Shown here in pieces: positions 10,389 through 22,615 of a stretch of DNA of 64,000 nt. The position numbers were made by a program, and so were the translations under genes. The notes beneath the pieces are model-generated. The model did not search any database, was not told the DNA's origin, and saw only the letters and a program-made list of their open reading frames with translations. Numbering within the stretch: the first letter of the stretch is position 1; each line of letters opens with the position of its first letter. The stretch is from Alphaproteobacteria bacterium (GTDB lineage Bacteria > Pseudomonadota > Alphaproteobacteria > MPNO01): NCBI GenBank assembly GCA_965248835.1, contig CBDFLJ010000002.1, positions 896,001 to 960,000 on the forward strand, written 5' to 3'.

Positions 10389-11410
10389 GCAGCCATTCCG
10401 TCACCCTGGTCTTCGAGGACGGCCGGACCGCGCAGTTCGAGGCGAACGAAGACGATACGATTTATCTGGCGGCGCTGAAGAACCGCATCCGGATCGAGAC
10501 CGATTGCCTGGAAGGCGCCTGCGCGACCTGCAAGGGGGTCTGCACCACCGGCGCGTACCGGATGGACGAGTACAGCGAGGAGGCGCTGAGCGCCGAGGAG
10601 GCAGCCCGCCGCGAGGTGCTGACCTGCCAGATGCATGTGCTTTCCGATTGTGTGATCGAATACCCCTACGAGTCCGGGATCGCCATGAAGGCGCCGCCGG
10701 TCACCCGACCCGGGCGTGTCGCCGAGGTCGAGACCGTGGCGGACAACGTCGTCCGCCTGGTGGTCGAGCCCGATGACGCCGACGCCGGCCCGCTGTCCTT
10801 CCTGGCCGGCCAATACGTCCATCTCGGCATCCCGGAGACCGAAGAACAGCGTTCGTACTCCTTCGCCAACCCGCCGCGGATCACCGATCGGCTCGAGTTC
10901 TTTATCAAGGTGCTGGAGACCGGCGCGATGAGCGAGTATGTCGCCGGGCGGGCGAAAGTCGGCGATCCGATGCCGGTCACCGGCCCGTTCGGCCGCTTCT
11001 ATCTGCGCCCGCCGTCGCGCCCGGTCCTGATGATCGCCGGCGGCACCGGGCTTGCGCCGATGCTGTCGATGCTCGATCACATGCTCGATGCCGGCCACAC
11101 CGGCCAGGCCGTCCATCTGCTCTATGGCGCCAACACACCGTCGGAGCTTTTCGCCGCCGGTGCGCTTGACGCCTATGCCGGGCGCGGCCTTGCGCTCACC
11201 ACCGAGCTCTGCACCGTCGAGCCCGATGCGGCCTGGACCGGCGCCACCGGCCACGTCACCACATTGCTGCGGCCCGAGCTGATCCATGGCGGGGCGTGCG
11301 ATGCCTATCTCTGCGGCCCGCCCCCGATGATCGACGCCGGCACCGAATGGCTGCGCCGGGCAGGCCTGGAGTCCGCCCGCATCCACAGCGAAAAATTCCT
11401 GCCGAGCTAG
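10385..11410 (+). CDS. Dioxygenase ferredoxin-reductase component (BenC/XylZ-like)
   Basis: N-terminal 2Fe-2S motif DCLEGACATCK..LTCQ; RSYS; GAMS; AGGTGLAP; YLCGPPPM; EKF. Confidence 0.9.
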   Translation: MSSHSVTLVFEDGRTAQFEANEDDTIYLAALKNRIRIETDCLEGACATCKGVCTTGAYRMDEYSEEALSAEEAARREVLTCQMHVLSDCVIEYPYESGIAMKAPPVTRPGRVAEVETVADNVVRLVVEPDDADAGPLSFLAGQYVHLGIPETEEQRSYSFANPPRITDRLEFFIKVLETGAMSEYVAGRAKVGDPMPVTGPFGRFYLRPPSRPVLMIAGGTGLAPMLSMLDHMLDAGHTGQAVHLLYGANTPSELFAAGALDAYAGRGLALTTELCTVEPDAAWTGATGHVTTLLRPELIHGGACDAYLCGPPPMIDAGTEWLRRAGLESARIHSEKFLPS

Positions 11411-11532
11411 CCTGATATTCCTGATTTTTGGTTCTGGATTTCTTCGTAAGGCATTGTTTTTCATAGGATGGCGACAGGCGGAATTATGTGACTTGCCGCT
11501 ATGCACATCGCGCGCTCGGCCTTTGGGCCAGG

Positions 11533-11850
11533 TCACGTCACTGCGCGCTCTCCCGCATGGCGACGGACTCGCGCACGGATGAGCTCTCCGTTCTCGACAA
11601 GCTCCTTCGACAACTCGTAGGCTTTCTGTGCGTTCATCCAAAACTCCGGTGTCTGTCCGAAATACGCGCCCAGCGCGATCGCCGTCTCTGCGCTGATGCC
11701 GCGTCGCTCATGAACGATCTCGTGCAGGCGCGTCGCCGGCAGGTCGATATCCCGGGCAACCCGGTGGACGCTAAGTCCCATTTCCTTGATCTGCTCCAAA
11801 AGCAGGGCGCCAGGATGGGTTGCAATCCGGTTCGTCGGTGCGCGCACCAT
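11533..11850 (-). CDS. higA: HigA-family antitoxin (Xre HTH)
   Basis: THPGALL...RLHEIVHERRGISAETAIALGAYFGQTPEFWMNAQ. Confidence 0.9.
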   Translation of the reverse strand: MVRAPTNRIATHPGALLLEQIKEMGLSVHRVARDIDLPATRLHEIVHERRGISAETAIALGAYFGQTPEFWMNAQKAYELSKELVENGELIRARVRRHAGERAVT

Positions 11851-11866
11851 TTTCTCGCTCCGTTCC

Positions 11867-12151
11867 TCAGTCGTAGTGGTTGTTCAGCTCCACTTGGAAT
11901 GCGTCGCCGTCCCGCCACTCAAAGCATATGCGCCAGCTCCGTGAGACGCGAATGCTGTGCTGTCCATCACGGTCACCGACCAATCGCTCGAGATGGTTTC
12001 CCGGCGGTACTCGAAGATCGTTGATGTCAACCGCATAGTTGATCCGGTCCAGCTTGCTCCGTGCCCGCTCAAGGACCGATGCCGGAATCTTGCCCTCGCT
12101 CACACCGTTGAAGACGTTCTCGGTGCGCTTGTCGGCAAATGATCGAATCAT
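11867..12151 (-). CDS. higB: HigB toxin (RelE/ParE superfamily)
   Basis: MIRSFADKRTE...DLRVPPGNHLERLVGDRDGQHSIRV..WRICFEW; toxin-first gene order. Confidence 0.9.
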   Translation of the reverse strand: MIRSFADKRTENVFNGVSEGKIPASVLERARSKLDRINYAVDINDLRVPPGNHLERLVGDRDGQHSIRVSRSWRICFEWRDGDAFQVELNNHYD

Positions 12152-12219
12152 ATCGGCTCGTGTTATACGCACAGAATAATACGGACATAATATGAAATAG
12201 CCTCGCCCCCGTCCAGGGC

Positions 12220-12310
12220 GACCCCACGACTTCAGCGATCCTGCCCGCGATGCGGTTGGCAGCAGACTTGACGGGATCATCGGCGAGGTGGGCGTAGCGG
12301 GCCGTCGCGT
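12220..12310 (-). pseudogene. C-terminal remnant of a tyrosine recombinase/integrase
   Basis: TARYAHLADDPVKSAANRIAGRIAE, the catalytic Tyr box; no upstream body. Confidence 0.65.
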
Positions 12311-12365
12311 TTTCGTTACCGCTCGGCGCCACCGGTAGTCGTGAGCTTCGCGCCGCAAGCCAGGA

Positions 12366-12509
12366 ACGCGGATTACCGCGCGCAGAATCCGCCGCGACCC
12401 GTCCTCGATCGCGCTCAACCGGCGGATCGCCGATCGCGACTACCAGATCGAATGCATCGAGGCGCTGTCGGACAAGATATCGCAAGGCCGGCGCAAGCTG
12501 CTGGTCGAG
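12366..12509 (+). pseudogene. Fragment of type I restriction enzyme R subunit (HsdR)
   Basis: Own translation TRITARRIRRDPSSIALNRRIADRDYQIECIEALSDKISQGRRKLLVE, which breaks just before the expected MATGTGKT Walker A. Confidence 0.6.
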
Positions 12510-12640
12510 ACGTGGAGATCTGGACCATCTTCAACGGCATCCGACCCTTTCTGGCGGCAACGCTGCTCGGGTTGGCGCTCATCTGCGCGTTCCCGCAAAT
12601 TGCACTCTTCCTGCCGGACCTGATGTTCAACCTGAGATAG
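12509..12640 (+). pseudogene. C-terminal remnant of TRAP large permease (DctM)
   Basis: DVEIWTIFNGIRPFLAATLLGLALICAFPQIALFLPDLMF. Confidence 0.65.
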
Positions 12641-12662
12641 CCGGTTTCATCCTGCCGGGCGG

Positions 12663-13505
12663 TCAGAAGGCGCTTGGCGGCAGGCCTCCGCCGTCGATGG
12701 GTATCGCCTGTCCGGTGATGTAGCCGGCGTCCTCGGAGACCAGGTGGGCGACGGTCGCGGCGATCTCCTCCGGCCGGCCGTGGCGGCCCGCCGGGATGTG
12801 TCCGGCCCGCTCGGCAAGACCGGCATCGACATCGCTCCAGCCGGCCCGCAGCGTCGAGCTGATCGCGCGGTCGGTGCGGATGGAGCCCGGACAGATAGCG
12901 TTCGCCGTAATGCCGTGCGGTGCGAGATCATAGGCGAGCGAGCGTGTCATCCCGATGACGGCCGCCTTGGAAGCGCAATAGGCCGCCCGTTCAGGCAGTG
13001 CCGCCAGGCCGCCGACGGAGGACATCGACACGATCCGGCCATAGCCCTGCGCCTTCATATGGGGCACCGCGGCGCGGATCATCAGGAAGACGCCGCGGAC
13101 ATTGACCGCCATGACGGCTTCCCATGCCGACAGCGGCACGTCCTCGATCCGGCCGCGGTCGGCTCCGTGCGGAGCGCCGGCGTTGTTGATCAGGACATCG
13201 AGGCGCCCGTAGGACTCCACGGTCCGGGCAAGCAGATACGCCGCGCCATCCTCGTTGGACACGTCGCCGATCACGCCCAGCGCCGCGCCGCCGGCCGCCT
13301 CGATCCGCGCGACCAGCGTGTCCAGCCCCTGCCAGCCGGAGGCTTCGCGCGCCGCCGCGTTGTCGTTGTCGAGACCCCCGGCCGCCACGTCGCAGACGAC
13401 GACGATGAAGCCGTCCGCCGACAGGCGCTGCGCGACCGCAGCCCCGATGCCGTTCTCCTTGCCGCAGCCGGTGATCAGCGCCACGCGCGTTTCCTGCCCG
13501 CTCAT
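12663..13505 (-). CDS. SDR family oxidoreductase
   Basis: TGCGKENGIG, NNAG, YCASK, CPG, YITGQ..IDGG. Confidence 0.9.
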   Translation of the reverse strand: MSGQETRVALITGCGKENGIGAAVAQRLSADGFIVVVCDVAAGGLDNDNAAAREASGWQGLDTLVARIEAAGGAALGVIGDVSNEDGAAYLLARTVESYGRLDVLINNAGAPHGADRGRIEDVPLSAWEAVMAVNVRGVFLMIRAAVPHMKAQGYGRIVSMSSVGGLAALPERAAYCASKAAVIGMTRSLAYDLAPHGITANAICPGSIRTDRAISSTLRAGWSDVDAGLAERAGHIPAGRHGRPEEIAATVAHLVSEDAGYITGQAIPIDGGGLPPSAF

Positions 13506-13671
13506 CGCGTTCGTCCTCTCGATCCCGTGCCCGGACCTTAGCGGGCATGCCGAGACGGCGCACCGATTGCGTCGCTTTTTCGTGGGCAGGTTCGGTTGAC
13601 ACTGCCCGGCAGAACGCTATTTTCCCAATCAGCACCGATTAAGTCCTGATTTCCCGATGGGGACGGCAGCG

Positions 13672-14136
13672 ATGATCAAGCTCAGCCGGATGGCCGATTA
13701 CGGGGTCGTGCTGATGACCCAGCTCGCGCGCGAGCCGCAGGCGTTGCGCACCGCGCCGGATCTCGCCCAGGCCTGCGGGCTGCCGCTGCCGACGGTGAGC
13801 AAGATCCTCAAATTGCTGGCTCAAGGTGGGCTGCTGGAGTCCCAGCGGGGCGTCAAGGGCGGCTATCAGCTCGCAATCGATGCGGAAGGGATCACGATCG
13901 CCGATCTGATCGGCGCGCTCGACGGGCCGATCGCGCTGACCGACTGCATGGACGCCGACAGGCTGGTGTGCGAGATCGAGGCGCTATGCCCCACCCGGAC
14001 CAACTGGCGGCGGATCAACGATGCGATGATCGAGGCGCTGAGCGGGGTGAGCTTGGCCGACATGGCCCTTCCCACGATCGATTTCGAGCGGCGGATGCCC
14101 AGCCGCGAGGCGCCGCCGATGGGCATGATGCGATAG
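13672..14136 (+). CDS. SUF system Rrf2-family Fe-S cluster assembly regulator
   Basis: MIKLSRMADYGVV, SQRGVKGGY, three Cys (TDC..VCEIEALC); heads the suf operon. Confidence 0.9.
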   Translation: MIKLSRMADYGVVLMTQLAREPQALRTAPDLAQACGLPLPTVSKILKLLAQGGLLESQRGVKGGYQLAIDAEGITIADLIGALDGPIALTDCMDADRLVCEIEALCPTRTNWRRINDAMIEALSGVSLADMALPTIDFERRMPSREAPPMGMMR

Positions 14137-14139
14137 GGG

Positions 14140-15608
<1,469 letters not shown>

Positions 15609-15609
<1 letters not shown>

Positions 15610-16367
15610 TGCTTTCGATCAGCGACCTGCACGCCAGCGTTGACGGCAAGGAGATCCTGCGCGGCATCTCGCTCGAAGTGGGCGCGGGCGAGGTGCACGC
15701 GGTCATGGGTCCCAACGGCTCGGGCAAGAGCACGTTGTCCTACGTGCTGGCCGGGCGCGCCGGCTACGAGGTGACCAGCGGCAGCGTCACGTTTGCCGGA
15801 CAGGACCTGCTGGACATGCCGGTCGAGGCCCGCGCGGGCGCCGGCATCTTCCTCGCCTTCCAGTACCCGGTGGAGATCCCCGGCGTGTCCAACCTCACCT
15901 TCCTCAAGACCGCGCTCAACGCCGTGCGCAAGGCGCGCGGCGATGCCGCGCTCGACGCGATCGAGTTCCTCAAGCTCGCGCGCGCCAAGGGCGGACTGTT
16001 GCAGATGGACGACGCGCTGCTCCAGCGCGCGGTCAACGAAGGCTTCTCCGGCGGCGAAAAAAAGCGCAACGAGATCTTCCAGATGGCGATGCTGGAGCCG
16101 CGTCTGGCGATCCTCGACGAGACCGATTCCGGGCTCGACATCGATGCACTCAAGGTCGTGGCCGAGGGGGTGAACGCCCTGCGCGCCCCGGACCGCGCGA
16201 TGGTGGTGATCACCCACTACCAGCGCTTGCTCGAATACATCGTGCCCGATCATGTCCATGTGCTTTCGGGCGGGCGGATCGTTGCCTCCGGCGATGCCGC
16301 GCTGGCCCACGACCTGGAGGCCAGAGGCTATGCCGAGTTCGCCGGGCAGGCGGGGGCGCCGGCGTGA
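15609..16367 (+). CDS. sufC: Fe-S cluster assembly ATPase SufC
   Basis: MGPNGSGKST, FQYPVEIPGV, NEGFSGGEKKRNE, LDETDSGLDID. Confidence 0.97.
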
Positions 16368-17664
16368 GGGCCGCGACCGATCAGGACACCGCGCCGTTCA
16401 TGGCGGCCTATTCGGCGGCGAAGGCGGGCCTTCCCGGCGGCGCCGACGCGCTGCGCGAGACGGCGATCGCCCGGTTCGCCGAGATCGGCCTGCCGCACCG
16501 CCGAATCGAGGGCTGGAAATACACCGGGCTGCGGACGCTCCGGCGCCTGGATGCCGATGCCCTTGCCGGGACCGGCGGACCCTCGGCGGAAGATGTGGCC
16601 GTCCCGGCATCGATCGCGGCGCTGGATGCCTACCGGATCGTCCTGCTCGACGGGCATTATTCTGCCACTATGTCGGCGCATGGCGGGCTCCCGCCGGGAA
16701 TCGTCCCGCTGTCGGCCTGGCTTAGCGCCGAGACCGCCGACATCGCGCTGTGCAGCGCGGGGTTCAGCGCCGAGCATGCGGGGCTCAAGGCGCTCAACGC
16801 CGCGATGACCCGCGACGGGCTGGTCCTCGAGGTGCCCAAGGGCGCCGTGCTCGAAAAGCCGGTCGTCGTCGTGCATGCGATGAGCGCACAGGCCGGGACC
16901 CGGGCGGTCCATCCCCGCACGGTGGTCCGTGTCGGCGAAGGCGCCGAGGCCGATTTGATCGAAGTGTTCACCGGCCAGGCCGGCGCGAGCGGCTGGACCA
17001 ACGCCGTCCTCGACGGAACCCTCGACCAAGCCGCGCATCTTCGCCACGTGGTGCTGGTCGAGCAATCCGACAATGCGACCCATACCGGGCTCGGGACGCT
17101 CGCGGTCGGCCGGGACGGGTCCTATCGCGGCCTGGTTCTGTCGCTCGGCGGGCGTGTCGCCCGGACCGAGACGATCGTCAGGCTGGCCGGGGAGGGAGCG
17201 CATTGCACGCTCGCCGGCGGCGCCCTGGTGGACGGACGGCGCCACGTCGATCACACCAGCGAGATCACCCACGCCGTGCCGCATACCGGCAGCACCCAGG
17301 TCTTCCGCAACGTCGTCGATGATTACGCGCGGTCGGTGTTCCAGGGTCGGGTCGTGGTCGATGTCGATGCCCAGAAGACCGATGCGCATCAGTCCTGCCG
17401 CAACCTGCTGCTCTCGCCGGGCGCGGAATCCGACAACAAGCCCGAGCTCCGGATCTTCGCCGACGACGTCAAATGCAGCCACGGCACGACCGTCGGCGAC
17501 CTCGATGAAGATGCGCTGTTCTACATGCGGGCCCGCGGCATCTCCGAGGCCCAGGCGCGCGCGCTCCTGACCCGCGCGTTCGTTGCCGAACTGTTCGATC
17601 TGGTGCCCGTGCCCATCGCCCGGCCGGTGGTCGAGGGCGCGGTGGACAAGTGGTTGGCGCGGCC

Positions 17665-17668
<4 letters not shown>
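16364..17668 (+). CDS. sufD: Fe-S cluster assembly protein SufD
   Basis: EGWKYT, FQGRVVV..AQKTDA, KPELRIFADDVKCSHG, LFYMRARGI. Confidence 0.95.
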
Positions 17669-18899
<1,231 letters not shown>

Positions 18900-18903
<4 letters not shown>

Positions 18904-19355
18904 TGGACCTTCGCGAGCTCTATCAGGACGTGATCCTCGATCACAGCAAGAACCCGCGGAATGCGGGCCCGCTGAAGTCCCATTCCCATACCGCGCGGGG
19001 CAACAACCCGCTGTGCGGCGACCGGATCGACGTCTATCTGGCGGTCGAGGACGAACGCATCGCCGAGGTCCGGTTCGAGGCCAAGGGCTGCGCGATCTCC
19101 GTCGCTTCGGCCTCGATGATGACCGAGCTGGTCGAGGGCAGGGGGGTCGAGGAGGCCCGTGCCGTCTTCGAGCGGTTCCACGAGGTCCTAACCCGCAAGG
19201 GAGAGGTCGGCGCGGACGAGATCGAGAGCCTGGACAAGCTCGCCGTCCTGATCGGGGTGCGCGACTTTCCGATGCGGGTGAAATGCGCGACCTTGCCTTG
19301 GCATACCATGTCCGCGGCGCTCCTCGCCGAGGGCGCGGAAGTGACCACCGAATAG
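18900..19355 (+). CDS. sufU: SUF system NifU-family protein SufU
   Basis: LYQDVILDH, NPLCGD, GCAISVAS, PMRVKCATLPW. Confidence 0.92.
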
Positions 19356-19384
19356 GGCCGCCGCCGAAACTGGAGCTTGGCAGC

Positions 19385-19756
19385 ATGGACGATAACGCGA
19401 TTGAGCCCGCCGCCCCGGGCAAAGCCGCCGGAGACGGCCCGGTCGATGAGACCGCGGCGCTCCATGCCGAGATCGTCGAGGCGGTCAGCACGGTCTACGA
19501 CCCGGAGATCCCGGTAAATATCTACGAACTCGGTTTGATCTACGACATCGCGGTCTCGCCCGGCCGCGACGTCGAGGTGGTGATGACGCTGACCTCGCCG
19601 ATGTGCCCGGTCGCAGAGTCCCTGCCGATCGAGGTCGAGACCCGGGTGCGCGGGATCGAGACGGTCAACGATGTCCATGTCGAGCTCACCTGGGACCCGC
19701 CGTGGACGCCCGAGATGATGACCGAGGCCGCCAAGCTCGAGCTTGGCTTCATGTGA
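19385..19756 (+). CDS. sufT: SUF system DUF59 protein (SufT-like)
   Basis: VYDPEIPVNIYELGLIY, MTLTSPMCP, WDPPW. Confidence 0.9.
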   Translation: MDDNAIEPAAPGKAAGDGPVDETAALHAEIVEAVSTVYDPEIPVNIYELGLIYDIAVSPGRDVEVVMTLTSPMCPVAESLPIEVETRVRGIETVNDVHVELTWDPPWTPEMMTEAAKLELGFM

Positions 19757-19785
19757 GCGTGTGATCGGATTGCGCAGGGGTTGAT

Positions 19786-20124
19786 ATGATGGACAAGCAG
19801 GTCATGACCTTGACCGATGCCGCGGCGGACCGGGTCCGCCACCTGTTGGCCAAGCGCTCGGAGCCCGCCGTCGGGCTGCGGGTCGGCATCCGCACCGGCG
19901 GTTGCTCCGGCATGGCCTATCAGATGGAGTTCGCCGCCGAGCAGGCGCCGTTGGACGAGATGGTCGAGGACAAGGGGGTCACCGTCCTGATCGACGGCAA
20001 GGCGCTGATGTTCCTGATCGGCACCGAAATGGACTACGTCGAGGACAAGCTTCAGTCGGGTTTCGTGTTCAACAACCCGAACGAAAAAGGCCGCTGCGGC
20101 TGCGGCGAATCCTTCCACGTCTGA
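19786..20124 (+). CDS. sufA: A-type Fe-S carrier (SufA/IscA, HesB family)
   Basis: GGCSG, GTEMDY, FNNPN, CGCGESF. Confidence 0.92.
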   Translation: MMDKQVMTLTDAAADRVRHLLAKRSEPAVGLRVGIRTGGCSGMAYQMEFAAEQAPLDEMVEDKGVTVLIDGKALMFLIGTEMDYVEDKLQSGFVFNNPNEKGRCGCGESFHV

Positions 20125-20140
20125 GCGCCGGGCCGCCGCC

Positions 20141-20743
20141 TTGCCCAAGGTCTATGCCCTGGACGGCGTGACCCCCGTCGTCGATTCGAGCGCGCATGTC
20201 CACCCCTCCGCCGTCCTGATCGGCGACGTGGTCGTCGGGCCGGGCTGCTACGTTGCGCCGTGCGCCAGCCTGCGCGGCGATTTCGGCCAGATCCGCATGG
20301 CCGAGGGCTCCAACATCCAGGACAACAGCGTCGTGCATTGCTTTGCCGGCGGCGAGACCTCGATCGGCGCTTATGCCAGCATCGGCCACGGCGCGGTGCT
20401 GCACGGCTGTTCGGTGGGCGCGCGCGCCCTGGTCGGCATGAACGCCGTGGTCATGGACGGGGCGGTGATCGGCGAGCATGCGATCGTAGCCGCACTCGCC
20501 TTCGTGCGGGCGGACTTCGAGGTGCCCGCGCGGGCTATCGTCGCCGGCACGCCCGCCCGGGTCTTGCGCGAGATCACGTCGGCGGAAGCCGCCTGGATGG
20601 TTGCCGCAAACGCCGATTACCACGCGGCGCGGGACCGCTCCATGGCGACGCTGGAGCTCGTCGAGGCGCTGGACAGGCCCGATGTAGACGGCCCCCGCCT
20701 CAGGATCGAAGGCGCGAAACCGCTCTACCAGAGCCGGACTTGA
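20141..20743 (+). CDS. Gamma-carbonic anhydrase-like hexapeptide protein (PaaY/CaiE-like)
   Basis: VHPSAVLIGDV, ASLRGDFG, NIQDN, IGHGAVLHGC; TTG start. Confidence 0.85.
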   Translation: MPKVYALDGVTPVVDSSAHVHPSAVLIGDVVVGPGCYVAPCASLRGDFGQIRMAEGSNIQDNSVVHCFAGGETSIGAYASIGHGAVLHGCSVGARALVGMNAVVMDGAVIGEHAIVAALAFVRADFEVPARAIVAGTPARVLREITSAEAAWMVAANADYHAARDRSMATLELVEALDRPDVDGPRLRIEGAKPLYQSRT

Positions 20744-20762
20744 AGCTTATCCGGAACGCGCT

Positions 20763-21005
20763 CTAACTGAACGCCTTGAAGGTGATCAGAGTAAAGGTGT
20801 CCTTGACGCCGGGCAGGAGCTGGACCTTCTCGGTGACGAAATGGCCGATGTCCTGGCCGTCAGCCAGGTAGAATTTCATCAGCAGGTCGAACTGGCCGGA
20901 GATCGAGTGGACCTCGGAGGCCTGCTCGATCTGCTCGACGGCGTCGGCGGCGACCTCGTAGGCCTTGCCGAGCTCGCATTTGACCATCACGAATATCGTC
21001 TGCAT
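20763..21005 (-). CDS. Stand-alone Lrp/AsnC ligand-binding domain protein
   Basis: MQTIFVMVKC..EVHSISGQFDLL..GVKDTFTLI. Confidence 0.85.
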   Translation of the reverse strand: MQTIFVMVKCELGKAYEVAADAVEQIEQASEVHSISGQFDLLMKFYLADGQDIGHFVTEKVQLLPGVKDTFTLITFKAFS

Positions 21006-21012
21006 CGGCGCC

Positions 21013-22441
21013 TCATTGCTCACGGACCGGCCGCTGCATGAACGCCGGCACGTGGGCGCCCATGCCGAGCACTGGGTCATTGACCGTCGCGCGGTCGCGT
21101 CCCTCGGGCCGCCTGGGCTTCGATTTGCCGTTCGCGGCCTCGCCTGGCTTGGCCGATTTGGCGGGTCTTGCGGGCTCGGCCGGCTTGGCGGATTTGGCGG
21201 GCTTCGGCCGGCTTAGCCGATTTGGCGGGTCTTGCGGGCTCGGCCGGCGCCGGATCGCGCGTCTTGCCGCCGCGCCGGTTCCGCCCGCGCCTGCCGTCGG
21301 ATGCCTCGAACGCGGCCGACTCTAGGCCATCGACATAGTCCCGGGGGATCTCCTTGCCGATCAGCCGCTCGATTGCCGAGACCGAGTCGGTATCGCCCGG
21401 CGCGGCGATCGAGAACGCCCTGCCGTCCTTGCCGGCACGGCCGGTGCGCCCGATGCGGTGGACATAATCCTCGGCGTGGTAGGGCACGTCGAAATTGAAG
21501 ACATGCGACAGGTCTTCGATGTCCAGCCCGCGGGCGGCGACATCGGAGGCCACCAGCAGCCGGACCTCGTTGTTGCGGAACGACGCCAGGATCTCCATCC
21601 GCGTCGACTGGGGCATGTCGCCATGCATGGCCGCGACCGAGAACCCGTGCTTTTTCAGAGATTTGTGCAGGATGTCGACATCGCGCTTGCGGTTGCAGAA
21701 GATCAGCGCGTTCTGCACGTCCTCGCTGCGGATGATCGCCCGGAGCGCCGCACGCTTGTCGGCCTGCGGGACGACGACCAGGCTCTGCCGGACGGTCTCG
21801 GCCGGGCTCGCCGGCGGCGTGACCGCGACCTCCTTGGGGTTCATCAGGAACGCATCGGCGAGGCGCCGGATCTCCTTCGGCATGGTCGCCGAGAAGAACA
21901 GCGTCTGGCGGATGCGCGGCAGTCGGCCGACAATCTTCTCGACATCGGGGATGAAGCCCATGTCGAGCATCCGGTCGGCCTCGTCGATCACCAGGATCTT
22001 GATGTCGCTCAGGATCACCCGCCCGTTGCCGAAATGATCGAGCAGCCGGCCCGGCGTGGCGATCAGCACGTCGACGCCGCGGCCGAGCTTCCTGATCTGG
22101 TCGTCCATCGAGACGCCGCCGATCAACAACGCCTGGGTCAGCTTGTGGTACTTGCCGTAGATCTCGAAATATTCCGAGGTCTGCATCGCCAGCTCGCGCG
22201 TCGGCGTGAGGATCAGCGAACGCGGCATGCGCGCCCGGGCGCGGCCGTTCGACAGCACCTCGATCATCGGCAGCACGAACGAGGCGGTTTTGCCGGTGCC
22301 GGTTTGTGCGCAACCCAGGATGTCGCGTCCGGTCAGCGCAAATGGGATTGCTTGTTCTTGTATCGGTGTCGGCGTCTGATAGCCGGCATCGACGATGGCC
22401 CGGAGCACATCCGGCCCGAGCCCCAAATCATGAAACGCCAT
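21013..22441 (-). CDS. DEAD-box RNA helicase (RhlE-like); frameshifted near 21203, stops at 21077 as read
   Basis: PTPIQ, AQTGTGKT, PTRELA, DEAD, SAT, HRIGRTGR; conserved-looking tail VLGMGAHVPAFM lies in another frame ending at 21013. Confidence 0.9.
21149..21248. repeat. Tandem repeat of 36+28+36 nt encoding AEPARPAKSAKP-type units
   Basis: ttggccgatttggcgggtcttgcgggctcggccggc / ttggcggatttggcgggcttcggccggc / ttagccgatttggcgggtcttgcgggctcggccggc. Confidence 0.9.
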
Positions 22442-22615
22442 GCACTCTTATCGGGAATAATGAAATATGCCGGTCAAGCCGGTCTGCGCTTATGTGGGCC
22501 CTTCGCCGGCCGAAGTCAAATGTTCACCGCGCTTGCCGGGCGAAATATTTCTCGGGCGTTATCGCGGCTGCGGCCTGCGGGCCGGTCGGACGCGCCCGCA
22601 ACAGACGCCGAACTT

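Noticed and set aside
11465-11505. tRNA 3' fragment as an att site
   Set aside because: No recognisable T-arm or cloverleaf; kept only as a weak border note
21149-21248. CRISPR array
   Set aside because: Units are contiguous with no unique spacers, lie within a CDS, and no cas genes are present
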